A program made the translations under genes and the position numbers. A DNA stretch of 62,454 bases, the filler included, from Chiloscyllium plagiosum (taxonomy: Eukaryota): assembly GCF_004010195.1 (NCBI RefSeq). It is 4 parts of one record of this genome, joined end to end, with 100 filler letters (N's around TTAATTAATTAA, not from the genome) between each part and the next. Parts side by side here need not be neighbours in the genome. Positions count along the whole stretch, not along the records: positions 19,126 to 33,199 come from NC_057714.1; positions 33,300 to 57,786 come from NC_057714.1; 2 more parts are not named here. One strand, given 5' to 3'. Under the pieces are notes generated by a model that saw only the letters and a list, made by a program, of their open reading frames with translations, searched no databases and had not been told where the DNA came from. Shown in pieces: positions 23,188-35,219 of this stretch (position 1 is the first letter of the stretch; the number at the start of each line of letters is the position of its first letter).

Positions 23188-25662
23188 CTGTGAAGGTGGA
23201 AAGAAGACATTAAAGGTTTTGAGTGACACCTCCCACAATAGATCCCCTCCCATCATGCCCCCATTCAGCTCCGTCCTCTCACAACCCCATTCAGCACCTC
23301 CTCACCCTCCCCCTCCATGCTGAGGTTAGAGATGGGTGGGGCGGGGGAGGTTTACTGTGTGAACTTGTTGTGGATTCATGTTGCCTTTTTTCCTGCCACA
23401 GTTCTCTCCTGATTGGGGGACAGGGTGGGGCGGGAGGAGAGGCTGCAAGGCAAGACTCCTAACTTTACAATGAATCCTCAACCTAAACCTATCAGGGACT
23501 AGCTTGGTGCAGACTCAATGGGCCGAAAGGCCTCGTCTGTGTTGTTTCATTCTGTGACATTCAAAGAGAGAGTGAAAGACAGTGCATGAATGAAAGAGAG
23601 AAGGCGAGAGGGTGTGAGACAGAGAGAGAGAGTGAATCAGAGAGAGAGGGAGAGAGAGAGAGAGCAGTACTGTGGTTTGGGTTCTATTGTGAACCTGGAG
23701 CAGACGACTAACTTCATGTCACAATCTGCTTAGGAAGGGACCGGTATGTTTTACTTCTCGAGCAGAAGTGTGGGTGATCCCAAGGACTTCCGAAGAAAAT
23801 AAAGTCTCAAGATTCAATGGATTTTAAACAAACAACAATGAAATTTGCTACACAATGGACCATCAGTGATATAACCTATTATACATGTACAACTTGTGTA
23901 CAGACTTAGGAATAGGACTTATTCATTTGTGGGATGTGGGTGTTGCTGGCTGGCCAGTATTTATTGCCTGTCACTGGAATACAGAAGAATGTAGGGGGTG
24001 GGGTGTGGAATCTCACTAGACAGCATAAACACATGAAGGATATTCCTGATGACTGGGCAGTCCAGAATAATTTGGGGTAAGGTCATTTCGGACTGAGACG
24101 GGGAGAAATGTCTTCACCCAGAGAGTGGGGAGCCTGGGGAATTCTCAAACACAGAAGGTGTTTGACACCAAGACGTTGAATGTTTTCAAAGAGGAGTTAA
24201 ATATAGAACATTACAGCACAGTACAGGCCCTTCAGCCCTTGATGTTGCGCCGACCTGTAGAACCAATCTGAAGCCTATCTATCCTACACTACTCCATTAC
24301 CATCCATATGCCTATCCAATGACCATTTAAATGCCCTTAAAGTAGGCGAGTCTACTATTGTTGCAAGCAGTGCATTCCATGCCCCTACTACTCTCTGAGT
24401 AAAGAAACTACCTCTGACATCGGTCCCATATCTGTCACCCCTCAATTTAAAGCAATGTTCCCTCATGCTAGCCATCACCATCTAAAAAAAAAGGCTCTCC
24501 CTGTCCACCCTATCTAACTCTCTGATTATCTTGTACGTCTCAATTAAGTCACCTCTCAACCTTCTTCTCCCTGGGTGGCAACTTTCAGGGATCTATGTAC
24601 ATGGACACCGAGATCTCTCTGCTCATCGACACTACCAAGAATCTTACCATTAGCCCAGTATTTTGTATTTCTGTTACTCCTTCCAAAGTGAATTACCTCA
24701 TACTTTTCAGCATTAAACTTCATAAAGTTAGTCACAGGGATGTACAGCACAGAAACAGACCCTTCAGCCCAACTCATCCATGCCAACCAGATATTCTAAA
24801 TTAATCTAATCCATTTGCCAGCATTTGGTCCATATCCCTTCTCATTCATATACCCATCCAGATGCCTCTTAAATGTCTTCAGGCTAAAAGGACCAAAGGG
24901 CATGGGGAGAAAGTAGGAACAGGGAACTGAGTTGGATGATCAGCCTTGACTGTATTGAATGGTAGAGCAGGCTCAGAAAGGCTGAATAGCCTCCTCCTGC
25001 TTCTAGTTTTGACATTTCTATATTTCAATTCGATGCCTCCATCGTGGCTAGCACTGCTGCCTCACAGCACCAGGGACCCAGGTTCAATTCCAGTCTCGGG
25101 CGACTGTCTGTGTAGGGTTTGCATATTCTCCCTGTGTCTGCGTAGATTTCCTCCGGATGCTCTGGTTTCCTCCCACAGTCCAAAGATGTACAGGTTAGGT
25201 GAATTGGCCGTGCTAAGGTGCCCATTGTGTTCAGTGATGTGTGTGTTCGTCATGGGAAATGTAGAGTAATAGGGTAGGGGAATGGGTCTGAGAGGGATAT
25301 TCTTTGGAGAGTCAGTATGGACTTGTTGGGCCAATGGCCTGTTTCCACTCTGTGGATTAGAGTGGTGCTGGAAAAGGATGCTGCCTGAACTGCTGTGCTT
25401 TTCCAGCACCACTCTAATCCAGAATCTGGTTTCCAGCATCTGCAGTCATTGTTTTTACCTAGTTGTTTCCACTCTGTGGGGATTCTATAGAAATTATCAT
25501 CTATCTGGTCGTTAATGGTAGCAGATTATGATCGATCACCCAATAGCAGCTATGATCAAGGGGCTTTCTCTGCAACTCCCCTCAGATGTTAATGACATGA
25601 TTGGTCTCAAATCCCATTCAACTTCACAAGAGATTACTCTTCTGCACTTCAGCCAATCTGAC

Positions 25663-25713
25663 CTTGAAACCCTGAAGAGCCACTCATGGATTTCTTCGGC
25701 ATCTGTTCCTGTC
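25663..25713 (-). CDS. Micro-exon gene, candidate exon 3 (GQEQMPKKSMSGSSGFQ)
   Basis: 51 nt, symmetric phase 1, stop-free, donor AAG|GTCAGA. The acceptor CCTCGCAACACCCAG is weak. Shares KKS with exon 4. Confidence 0.5.
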
Positions 25714-26051
25714 CTGGGTGTTGCGAGGTTTACGTAACCCTGTCCTCCAAAGCAACACTCCAGTGCCAGCACACAGCTCGCTTCACCAAGCTACAGCCAT
25801 CCCTGAATTGTTTTTTTCAGCTCTAATCTAACACAGTTGCAGAAAATAACTGCTGGTTGTGGGTTGCAGAGAGCTGCACTGAACTATTTATTAGCGCACA
25901 GCTTCTTCTAATCCCTTGCAGCTCCCAGAACCTATCTTGAGCTACCTCCTTGTTCCTAGAACTTCTTCCTGAGGTTTATATGCCATCTAGTTGCTCTTGA
26001 CTGCTGAGTCCCCAGACTCGGTGCAGGTCACTGGCCTATTCAGCAGTACAG

Positions 26052-26277
26052 GGCAAAAGTGAGGACTGCAGATGCTGGAAATCAGAGTTTAGATCAGAGT
26101 GGTGCTGGAAAAGTACAGCAGGTCAGGCAGCATCCGAGGAGCAGGAAAATCAACGTTTCGGGCAAAAGCCCTTCATCAGGAATCCGATGAAGGGCTTTTG
26201 CCCGAAACGTCGATTCTCTTGCTCCTCGGATGCTGCCTGATCTGCTGTGCTTTTCCAGCACCACTCTGATCTAAACT
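26052..26277. mobile_element. Short palindromic non-autonomous element (family A) with hammerhead cores; partial or full copies near 840-935, 11180-11261, 12625-12755, 25356-25463, 26780-27005, 37080-37365, 41870-42070, 42879-43058, 47410-47595, 62285-62454
   Basis: Arms of about 95 bp are reverse complements centred at 26181-26183; 16-bp TSD CTATTCAGCAGTACAG (26036-26051 / 26278-26293); CTGATGA-AGGGC-TTTT-GCCC-GAAACGT core. Confidence 0.85.
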
Positions 26278-26601
26278 CTATTCAGCAGTACAGCCTCATA
26301 TAGAGTCCACCTCTTTTCCTATCTCCCATTCTCACTCATTTCCAGACCCTCTGCCTGCCATCTTTAAATTCCTCTTCAGTAACTCTTTAACTTTCCTGGG
26401 TCATCTATTAAAAGCCTTGCATCAGGGCCTGTCCGTACAACTGAAACAGAATTCAATAGCGACACCCAGTAAATCTTGGAACCCTGTGCTTGCTGAATGT
26501 TGCCATTGACAGATTAATAACTTGCAGAGTACAAAGGCTAGGATACAGATGGAGGATTTCATCACAGCTCCTCTTTCACCGGCCGGGGGTCAATCTGTTA
26601 C

Positions 26602-26663
26602 CTCTTCCAGCAGCAGTCAGCCAGCATCCCAGTAAAACCAGCAGAACACAGCAGAGGATGGAC
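26602..26663 (-). CDS. Micro-exon gene, exon 2: signal peptide (SILCCVLLVLLGCWLTAAGR)
   Basis: Acceptor GTGTTGTTTTCTAG, donor AG|GTAACA, 62 nt, phase 2 to phase 1. Hydrophobic core followed by small residues, as in a typical signal peptide. Confidence 0.8.
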
Positions 26664-27679
26664 CTAGAAAACAACACTGATTATTAGCAGGCCAGCACTT
26701 TACAAAGTTCATTCTCTCTCCCTAATGCCAGGGACTGGGGGTCTAGCGGGTATCCGTTAGCTGCATGGGCTTGGCTTGATGCAGAGTCGAAGAGTATGAT
26801 GCTGGAAAAGTACAGCAGGTCAGGCAGCATCAGAGCAGCAGGAGAGTCAAAGTTTCAGGCATAAGCTCCTCATCAGGAATCCTGATGAAGGGCTTCTGCT
26901 CAAAATGTCGACTCACCTGCTCCCTGGATACTGCCTGACCTGCTATGCTTTTCCAGCACCACACTCTTGGACTCTGATCTCCAGCCTTTGCAGTCCTCAC
27001 TTTCTCTTTGTTTTGATGCAGACTGATGCCAAGAGCATGGGTCCATTTCCTGTACCAGCTGAGGTCACCATGTACGGCCCTGTCTTCTCCACCAGAAGCA
27101 CAGTGACCCTCACTCAGGTAAAACTCACCTTCACTCCTCTCTCTCTCTCTTTACTGAGCCTGTGGTCTTCTGGGTAACTTTCTCTTCCTTTCCAGGATCT
27201 TACAGGACAGAATAAATTCAGTGCACTGTTTCTGTGTCAGCTCTTTGAAAGAGGAACACAATTACTCCCACTGCAGCCCCCAACGAAAATCACCCCAGTT
27301 TCTCTCTCCACATTCACCAAAGTCCCTCATGACTGTGTCAGAACATAGAACATAGAAGAATACAGCGCAGTACAGGCCCTTTGGCCCTCGATGTTGTGCC
27401 AATCCAAGCCCACCTAACCTACACTAGCCCACTATCCTCCATATGCCTATCCAATGCCCGCTTAAATGCCCATAAAGAGGGAGAGTCCACCACTGCTACT
27501 GGCAGTGCATTCCATGAACTGACGACTCATTGAGTAAAGAACCTACCCCTAACATCTGTCCTATACCTACCACCCCTTAATTTAAAGCTATGTCAGGTTT
27601 TGGACCATCACCAATTTCGAGACTATTCCCTGTATCCTGTGGTCTAAGTTATTAATACTTTGTGAATATTTCAGAATTA

Positions 27680-28005
27680 TAGGGGAGGTGATGGCCCTGT
27701 GAATCTAGAGACCCAGGTAACATTCTGGGGACCCGCTTTCGAATCCCACTGCAGCAGATGATAGAATTTGAATTAAATAAAAATCTAGAATTGAGTCTCA
27801 TGATGAATTGATTGTTGGAAAAACCCATCAGGTTCATTAGTGTCCTTTAGGGAAGGAAACAGCCATCCCCACCTGGTCTAGCTTACACATGACTCCAGAC
27901 CCACAGCAATGTGGTTGATGTTTAACTGCCCTCTGGGTAATTAGGGATGGGTAATAAATGCTGGCCTGGCCAGTGACACTCACATCCCATGAATGAATAA
28001 AAAAT
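27680..28005 (+). mobile_element. Second tRNA-like SINE family; copies at 2150-2470 (+), 41150-41390 (+), 20255-20405 (-)
   Basis: Shared GGTTCGAATCCCAC...GGAATTTGAATTCAAT head and ACATGACTCCAGACCCACAGCAATGTGGTTG...AATAAATGCTGGCC tail. Confidence 0.65.
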
Positions 28006-29432
28006 AATGTATGATCCCTACCATGACTCCTGAGAATTCTATGAGAAATCTCCCTCAATGGGACAAATATCTATTGTTCTTGTTCCCAGTCTGTCAGCTA
28101 ATCCATGTCACCTCTATCCCCATTATCCCATGATTTCTGACTTTGCTGGCAAGGCATTTGTTTTGATACTGTATTAAATGCTTTTTTGGAAACCCCATCA
28201 ACTGCATTACCCTCATCAAACCCTCTCTGTTACCTCCTCAAAAAACTCTACATACACATGAGTTTCCCTTAACAAATCCAAGCTCAATTTCCAGGATTGA
28301 TTCTCACTTGTCCAAGTGACTGTTAATCTGGGATCGACCTTTGCAGAAGGTCCAGGTTAGACCAATTGGCTGCTGGCCTTATCTTGACACCCACTTTTCA
28401 ACAAAATGGTAACACTGCTCTGACACTGCTCCTGAGTGTAAGGAAGATGAAAAAATCATGGCCAGTTCCTTTATAATTCTTACCCTTAAATTCATCAAGA
28501 TCCTCAGTTTTATTCATTATTCAATTAATTATTTTCACTTCCCCTCCAAACTTTCAATATTCAGCCTGATTCTCACTTGACAGCATTCTCATGCCTATAG
28601 TTTTCAGCTTCATTGTAATCTTTATCTCTGCCATTATCTGCTAAGTTTAAAATCACACAACACCAGGTTATGGTCCAACAGGTTTATTTGGAAGCACTAG
28701 CTTTCGGAGTGCTGCTCCTTCATCAGGTGGTTGAAGGATCACATGACAAAGGGGTAGCTCTCTGAAAGCAAGTGCTTCAATTAAACCTGTTGGACTATAA
28801 CCTGGTGTTGTGTGATTTTTATCTTTGTACACCCCTGTCCAACACCGGGATCTCCAAAGCATGATTATCTGCGAATTTAGTTTGCACGAGTTTTGCCCAT
28901 TATGTAAACACACCTTCACAGGATTTCCCTCGTCTCTCTTTAAACGCACCCCTTTTTTTATAGAATCCCTAGACTGTGGAAGCAGGCCATTTGACCCACT
29001 GAGTCCACATCAACCCTCTGAAGAGCATCACATCCACACCCACCCCTTACCCTATCTCCTACATTGCCTATGGCTAAACTATTTAGCCGACATAACCCTG
29101 ACACTACAGACAATTTAGCATGGCCAATGCACATACCTAACCTGCACACCTCTGGATAGTGGGCAACTGGAGAAATGGGGAGAATGTGCAAAATCCAGAC
29201 TATTGCCCGAGGCTGGAATTGAAGCTGGGTCCCTGGTGCTGTGAGGCAGCAGTGCTAATCACTGTGCCACACCTTCTAAGTTTAGTTCCAATTTACCTGC
29301 AGATTTTTGATTATAATCTACCAGATCCAGATTCATTCTCACAAAAAAGGTCCCATGAGATTCTTTCCCCAGTATCGTTTTGAATGGGATAGGGACAGAC
29401 TGGACCCAAAGTTACCGAGTGCCCATTCTTAC

Positions 29433-29443
29433 CTGGGCAGCAT
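29433..29443 (-). CDS. Unassigned secreted micro-exon gene, coding exon 1 (ATG CTG CCC AG = M L P R)
   Basis: ATG with A at -3 (TCAGCATG), no upstream ATG in about 60 nt of leader, donor AG|GTAAGA at 29432. The phase-2 end matches the phase-2 start of 26602-26663. Confidence 0.72.
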
Positions 29444-29525
29444 GCTGAAATGCCAGGCCAACGGCAAGAGGCAATATCTCAGATGGAGCCTGCCTTCAGG
29501 ACTGGTACAAGCAGCTTCCTGGAGG

Positions 29526-29536
29526 CTTTTTATTAT
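29526..29536 (-). promoter_or_regulatory. TATA-like box of the micro-exon gene
   Basis: ATAATAAAAAG on the minus strand about 85-90 nt upstream of the ATG, implying a start site near 29500; a CCAAT lies further upstream (about 29567-29571). Confidence 0.45.
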
Positions 29537-29809
29537 GTGAGTTAGTGTGTCTATCAGCTCCCATTGCCAATTAATATCAGAGTGCTGACAGACAGAGGAA
29601 TCGATTACATTGTACTGATTTACTAGTCATCAAAGCACACAGTGTCAGAAAGAAACTTTCCTTTCATATAGTATTAAATGAGCTACAGGTTCATTTTAGA
29701 TTCAGGTGATTAAGTGTATTGAGGAACTTAGATGGTTCCTATCAGATTACAGAGCACAGTTTAATTAATACAGTATCAATGACCTAGCATTCCTGAGAAA
29801 AATCATCAA

Positions 29810-30440
29810 TGCTGCAGCACACCCTGAGTACTGATCCTCCAATACTGCGTTACTCCCTCAATACTGACCCTCCGACAGTGCGACACTCCTTCATTACTGA
29901 CCCTTCAACAGTGTGGCACTCCATCAGCACTGACCCTCTGACAATGCGGCGCTCCCTCAGCACTGACCCTCCGACAGTGTGGCGCTCCCTCAGCACTGAC
30001 ACTCCGACAGTGTGGCACTCCCTCAGCACTGACCCTCTAACAGTGCAGTACTCCCTCAGTACTGACCCTCCAACAGTGCGGCACTCCCTCAGCACTGACC
30101 CTCCGACAGTGCAGCGCTACCTCAGCACTGAAGCTCCGACAGTGTGGCACTCCCTCAGCACTGACCCTCCAACAGTGCGGCACTCCCTCAGCACTGACCC
30201 TCCGACAGTGCAGCACTACCTCATCAATGACCATCCGACAGTGCGGCGCTCCCTCAGCATTGACCCTCTGTCAGTGCGGCACTACCTCAGCACTGATCCT
30301 CCAACACTGCGGTATTCCCTCAGCACTGACCCTCCAACATTGTGGCCCTCCCTCAGCACTGACCCTCCGACATTGCAGCCCTCTCTCAGCACTGACACTC
30401 TGACATTGCGGCCCTCCCTCAGCACTAACCCTCTGATAGT
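29810..30440. repeat. Second array of the same 33-bp minisatellite (about 19 units)
   Basis: Same unit and orientation as 2537-5759. Confidence 0.93.
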
Positions 30441-32046
30441 GTTGTTTTCTCTCAGGTTCTCTCATTCTCTACACAATGCCCTTAGGGAGGGAATTCCAGG
30501 ATTTTGGCCCAGCAACAGTGAAGGAATGGTGATACATTTTCAAACTCAGGATGATAAGGGGCTTGGAGGGGAACCTGCAGGGGATGGTGTTCCCATGTAT
30601 CTGCTGCCCTTGTCCTTCCAGGTGGAAGTGGTCGTGGGTTTGGAAGGGGCTGTCTAAGGAACTTTGGTGAGTTTCTGCTGTGCATCTTGTAGATAGTACA
30701 CACTGCTGCTATTGGGCATTGGTAGTGGAGGGAGTGGATGTTTGTGGATATGGTGCCAATCAAGCGGCTGCTTTGTCCTGGATGGTGTCAAGCTTCTTGG
30801 CTCAGAAGTCATGGCACCGGTTATAGTCCAAAACGTTTACTTGAAATCACAAGCTTTCCGAGTGCCGCTCCTTCATCAAGTGAAGATGTTAGGAACTTCA
30901 CCTGACAAAGGAGCAGCACTCTGAAAACTTGTGATTTCAAATAAACTTGTTGGACTTTTACCTGGTGTTTTGTACTGCTGACTTTGTCTAACCCACTCCA
31001 CCACCGGCACCTCCACATCAAAATTTCTTGAGTGTTGTTGGAGCTGCACCCATCAGGCAATTGGGGAGTATTCCATCACACTCCTGACTTCTGCCTTGTA
31101 GATGGTGGACAGGCTTTGGGGAGTCAAGAGGTGAGTTCCTCACTGCTTTATTCCCAATCTCTGATCTGCTCTTGTCACCACTGTGTTTGTATGGCCAGTT
31201 CAGTTCAGTTTCTAGACAATGCTCACCCCTAGGACGTTGATGGTGGGGGGATTCAGTGATGGTAACACCATTGAGCGTCAAGGGCTGGTGGGGTGTTTGT
31301 GTGGCGTGAATGTTACTTGTTACTTTTGAGTCCGAACTGGATCTTTTAGATGTTGAACATTGTGCAGTCAACAGGCTTAATCCGATGGTCAAACCTTTGT
31401 TTTCTGACCCTTTTGACTGAGGATGAGCCACATATCGGCCGCAGCCATCACCAAAGTTTGGAATGTGAGGGAATGCAGACAACTGAGACCGTGCTCTTTA
31501 ATCTGAGCTGCTCCTGAATGCTGAGTAATGGAGATTCACAAGCAACAATTAATTTATCGTTACATTTCAACAGATGGGAATAACTTGAACCACGTGGATT
31601 AATCTCTGAAAGGAAGAAATTCAGATGTGGATGAAACAGAAGAGAAGATTTTGATTAACACAAAGTCAGAATGAGCCAGCAGTTTCAGTGAAGACTGTGT
31701 CAGCTGGAACCCAATTTATTGCTTACTGATTGATGCCTTGAACTGAATGTGTATTGTTTGATAGTGGATACAGGTAAAACATCCATAGTCAATGGACTGC
31801 CAACTCCATCATCAACACCAGAAATTCATTAGAACACGTTGGACAGTGGATTCAGATCAGTCCATTGACAAACGCTGCTGCTTTCATTTCCCCTCGATGA
31901 ACCTGATACAATTTCAATCTCTACTGCCTGTGACTGAACAAACACCAGCCCTCATCCCCTTTCAAACTAATTTCTCTGATCAGCTCCTCATGTGGAAATG
32001 TATCCGTTTTAAATTCTCATGGTCATTTTCAAGTTTCCCTATCTTC

Positions 32047-32230
32047 CCTACACCCCCTCCCTGTCTCTGTTACCTCCTCCAACCCCCACACCCCTCCCTA
32101 TCTCTGTAACCTCCTCCAAACTCTATACCCTTCCCTATCTTCTGTAACCTCCTCCAGCCCCTACACCTCTCGCTATCTCTGTAACCTCCTCCAACCTCTA
32201 CACCCTCCCTCCCTCCGTAACCATCTCCAG
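32047..32230. repeat. Short tandem repeat, unit about 36-37 bp, about 5 copies
   Basis: Recurring CCCTATCTCTGTAACCTCCTCCAACCCCTACACC-like unit. Confidence 0.8.
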
Positions 32231-33299
32231 CACCAACAGGAATACTCTAGGGAGTAACTCCCCTCCTGACTCCCCAAAACCTCTCCACTATCTACAAGGC
32301 ACAAGATAGGAGTGTAATGGAATATTCCCTACTTGTCCCTGGATGGTTTCGGCTCCAACACTCAAGAAGCTCGATCCCATCCAGGGACAAAGCAGCCCCC
32401 GCTTGATTGGCCCCACACCCACAACATGCCCTCCCTCCCTCCCCCCACCGATGCTCAGTAGCAGCAGTGTGGACCATCTACAAGATGCCCTGCAGAAATT
32501 CACCAAAGATCCTCAGGCAGCACCTTCCAATCCCACGGCCACTTCCATCCAGAAGGACGAGGGGCAGCAGATACATGGGAATGCCAGCCCCTCACCATCC
32601 TGATTCGGAAAGATATCGCCATCCCTTCAGTGTGGCTGGGTCAGAATCTTGGAATTCCCTCCCTCAGGGCATTGTGGGTCTACCTACAGCACATGGACTG
32701 CAGCGGGTGAAGGAGGCAGCTCACCCCCACCTTCTCAAGGGGGACAACTTGGGACAAACTAAATCTGTCAACTCCAGTAGTTGGAATGTGCAATGGGTGA
32801 CTGGGGAACTTGCCTGATTCGATCTGTTCTGTCTCTTTTCCAACTTGGTGCAGATGCTGATCTGACCTGCCTTTATGACCCGATATTTGGAGCGTCCCCC
32901 TCAGTGGAGTGGACATTCATTGATCGGAATTTTGGTGTGAATCCAGTGATTCGCCAGGGACAGTTGTCACGTGAGTCCATCACCTCAACGACCCCGTCAA
33001 AAACACCAACATCTCTGTGCTGCTCTCCATTCGCACTACGTTCACACTCCCACTCCATCTCCCCCTTACACTGCCTCTCCCCCTCCACCTCCACTTCACC
33101 CGCCCTCTCCCCTTCGCATCCCCACTCCCCTCACCCTCTCCCCACTCACCCCCCTCAGCACCTCCACCCCCTCCTCACCCCTCTGCTCTCTCCTCACCCN
33201 NNNNNNNNNNNNNNNNNNNNNNNNNNNNNNNNNNNNNNNNNNNTTAATTAATTAANNNNNNNNNNNNNNNNNNNNNNNNNNNNNNNNNNNNNNNNNNNN

Positions 33300-34118
33300 C
33301 TGGGCAGAAAGGTGGCAAATGGTGTTCAATGTAGGTAGGTGTGAGGTGATTCACTTTGGTAAGAGTAACAAAAAGATGGGGTACTGGGCTAATGGTCGGA
33401 TACTTGGTAGTGTGGATGAGCAGAGGGATCTTGGTGTCCATGTACACAGATCTCTGAAAGTTGCCACCCAGGTAAATAGTGCGGTGAGGAAGGCATATGG
33501 CGTACTGGCTTTTATTGGTAGAGGAATTGAGTTCCGGAGTCCTGAGGTCATGATGCAGTTGTATAAGACTCTGGTGCGGCCGCATCTGGAATATTGTGTG
33601 CAGTTTTGGTTGCCATACTATAGGAAGGATGTGGAGGCACTGGAACGGGTGCAGAGGAGGTTTACCAGGATGTTGCCTGGTATGGAAGGAAGATCGTATG
33701 AGGATAGACTGAGACACTTGGGGCTGTTTTCATTAGAGAAAAGAAGGTTTAGGGGTGACTTGATTGAGGTGTACAAGATGATTAGGGGGTTAGATAGGGT
33801 TGACAGTGTGAACCTTTTCCCGCGTATGGAGTCGGGTATTACAAGGGGGCATAGCTTTAAATTAAGGGGGGGTAGATATAGGACTGAAGTTAGGGGTAGG
33901 TTCTTCACTCAGCGAGTCGTAAGTTCATGGAATGCCCTGCCAGTAGCAGTGGTGGACTCTCCCTCTTTATGGGCATTTAAGCGGGCATTGGATAGGTATA
34001 TGGAGGATAGTGGGTTAGTATAGGTTAGGTGGGCTTGGATTGGCGCAACATCGAGGGCCAAAGGGCCTGTACTGCGCTGTATTCTTCTATGTTCTATGTA
34101 CATCTCTATGACTCTATG
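33300..34118 (+). mobile_element. Young CR1/HER1 LINE 3' end (uninterrupted ORF 33319-34023, ORF2 C-terminus)
   Basis: [50 protein letters not shown] motifs; (TTCTATG)n tail. Confidence 0.93.
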
Positions 34119-35219
34119 TCACTTGAGTGATTATCTGGGAGTGCAGGCTTAGAGGGAAATTCTGCTGGGATTTCAGATGGTCAGATCAACCACAATCTCA
34201 TTGAATGGCGAAGTAGATTTAATGGGCCAAATGGCCTACTTCTTTCCTACATCTTAATGGCCTTAAATTGGCTACGGCATTTCCTACAACAGTGCTTCAT
34301 ATGTTATCTTTATCTATCCACTCTATCTAGATTCCTGATAAAATTATGTACTTCAATTGAATCTGTTTTCAATCTCCTCAGTTCCAAAGAAAATAGCTGT
34401 AACCTATCCAATCTTTCTTGTTGACTAAAATTCTCCATTTCTGCCGGCATTGTGGTAAATCCTGCCCATCGCCTCTCCTGGTGCAGGGACTAGCATCTCT
34501 CACAGTGCTCCAACTGTGACCTAACTGGTGTTTTATTCATGTCCAGCACTACCCCCCCCCCCCCCCCCCACTCTTATTTTTACTGCCTTGGTTTGGTGCT
34601 GCGTATTTCTTAATCATCTTATCTATTTGTGTGGGCATTTTCAGAGATCTGTGGATATGCATAGGACTCTGGTGCAGAAATAGGCCATTTGGCCCTTCAA
34701 GCCTGCTCTGCCTTTCAATAAGGTCAGGATTGATTTGGTTGTGGTCTCCCCATGTATACCCCAAAACCTTCTCTCACAGAAATCGAATTTGTTCCACTTT
34801 CACATGTATGCACTTCTCAGCATCCTATCGTTTATTGTATAATTTCTTGCCTTGTTGTTAACTAAACACGTGACCTTCCCCTTATCTGAACTGGCCAGGC
34901 TTTGCAGGAATGAGATGACACTGCGATCGTTACAGACTGTGCTCCTTGAAGCCTGCTCACAGACCAGGTTAACTCTCAAACAGGCTGAACTCTGCCAACT
35001 GTCTGCATTCCGAGCTCGCTATCATGCAACTGGATTGCCCCCCCCCCCCCTCAAAAACAAACAAGAATTGGCAAAGGCTTCTATCTGGATGGAGATTCAA
35101 TTGTGGCATTGTGTTTATTCGGAGTAAGTGGGGTGAATGGGCAGCTCACCTGTTTTGATACTGAGTGCAAGGTAACTATACAATCATGTGGTTGATTCCT
35201 GGACCGGATGTCAGTTTCT

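Noticed and set aside
23330..23750. GC boxes plus a plus-strand donor GTATGT at 23744 as a CK2 alpha first exon
   Set aside because: No CpG island, it lies inside an intron of the opposite-strand gene, and it is 16 kb from the ATG exon; insufficient support.
21149..29443. Assignment of the micro-exon gene to SCPP, MGP/BGLAP, GPIHBP1, FXYD or tachykinin families
   Set aside because: SCPP introns are phase 0, and no Gla ExxxExC, LU cysteine pattern, PFxYD plus transmembrane segment or FxGLM motif is visible. It cannot be fully excluded until the terminal exon is found.
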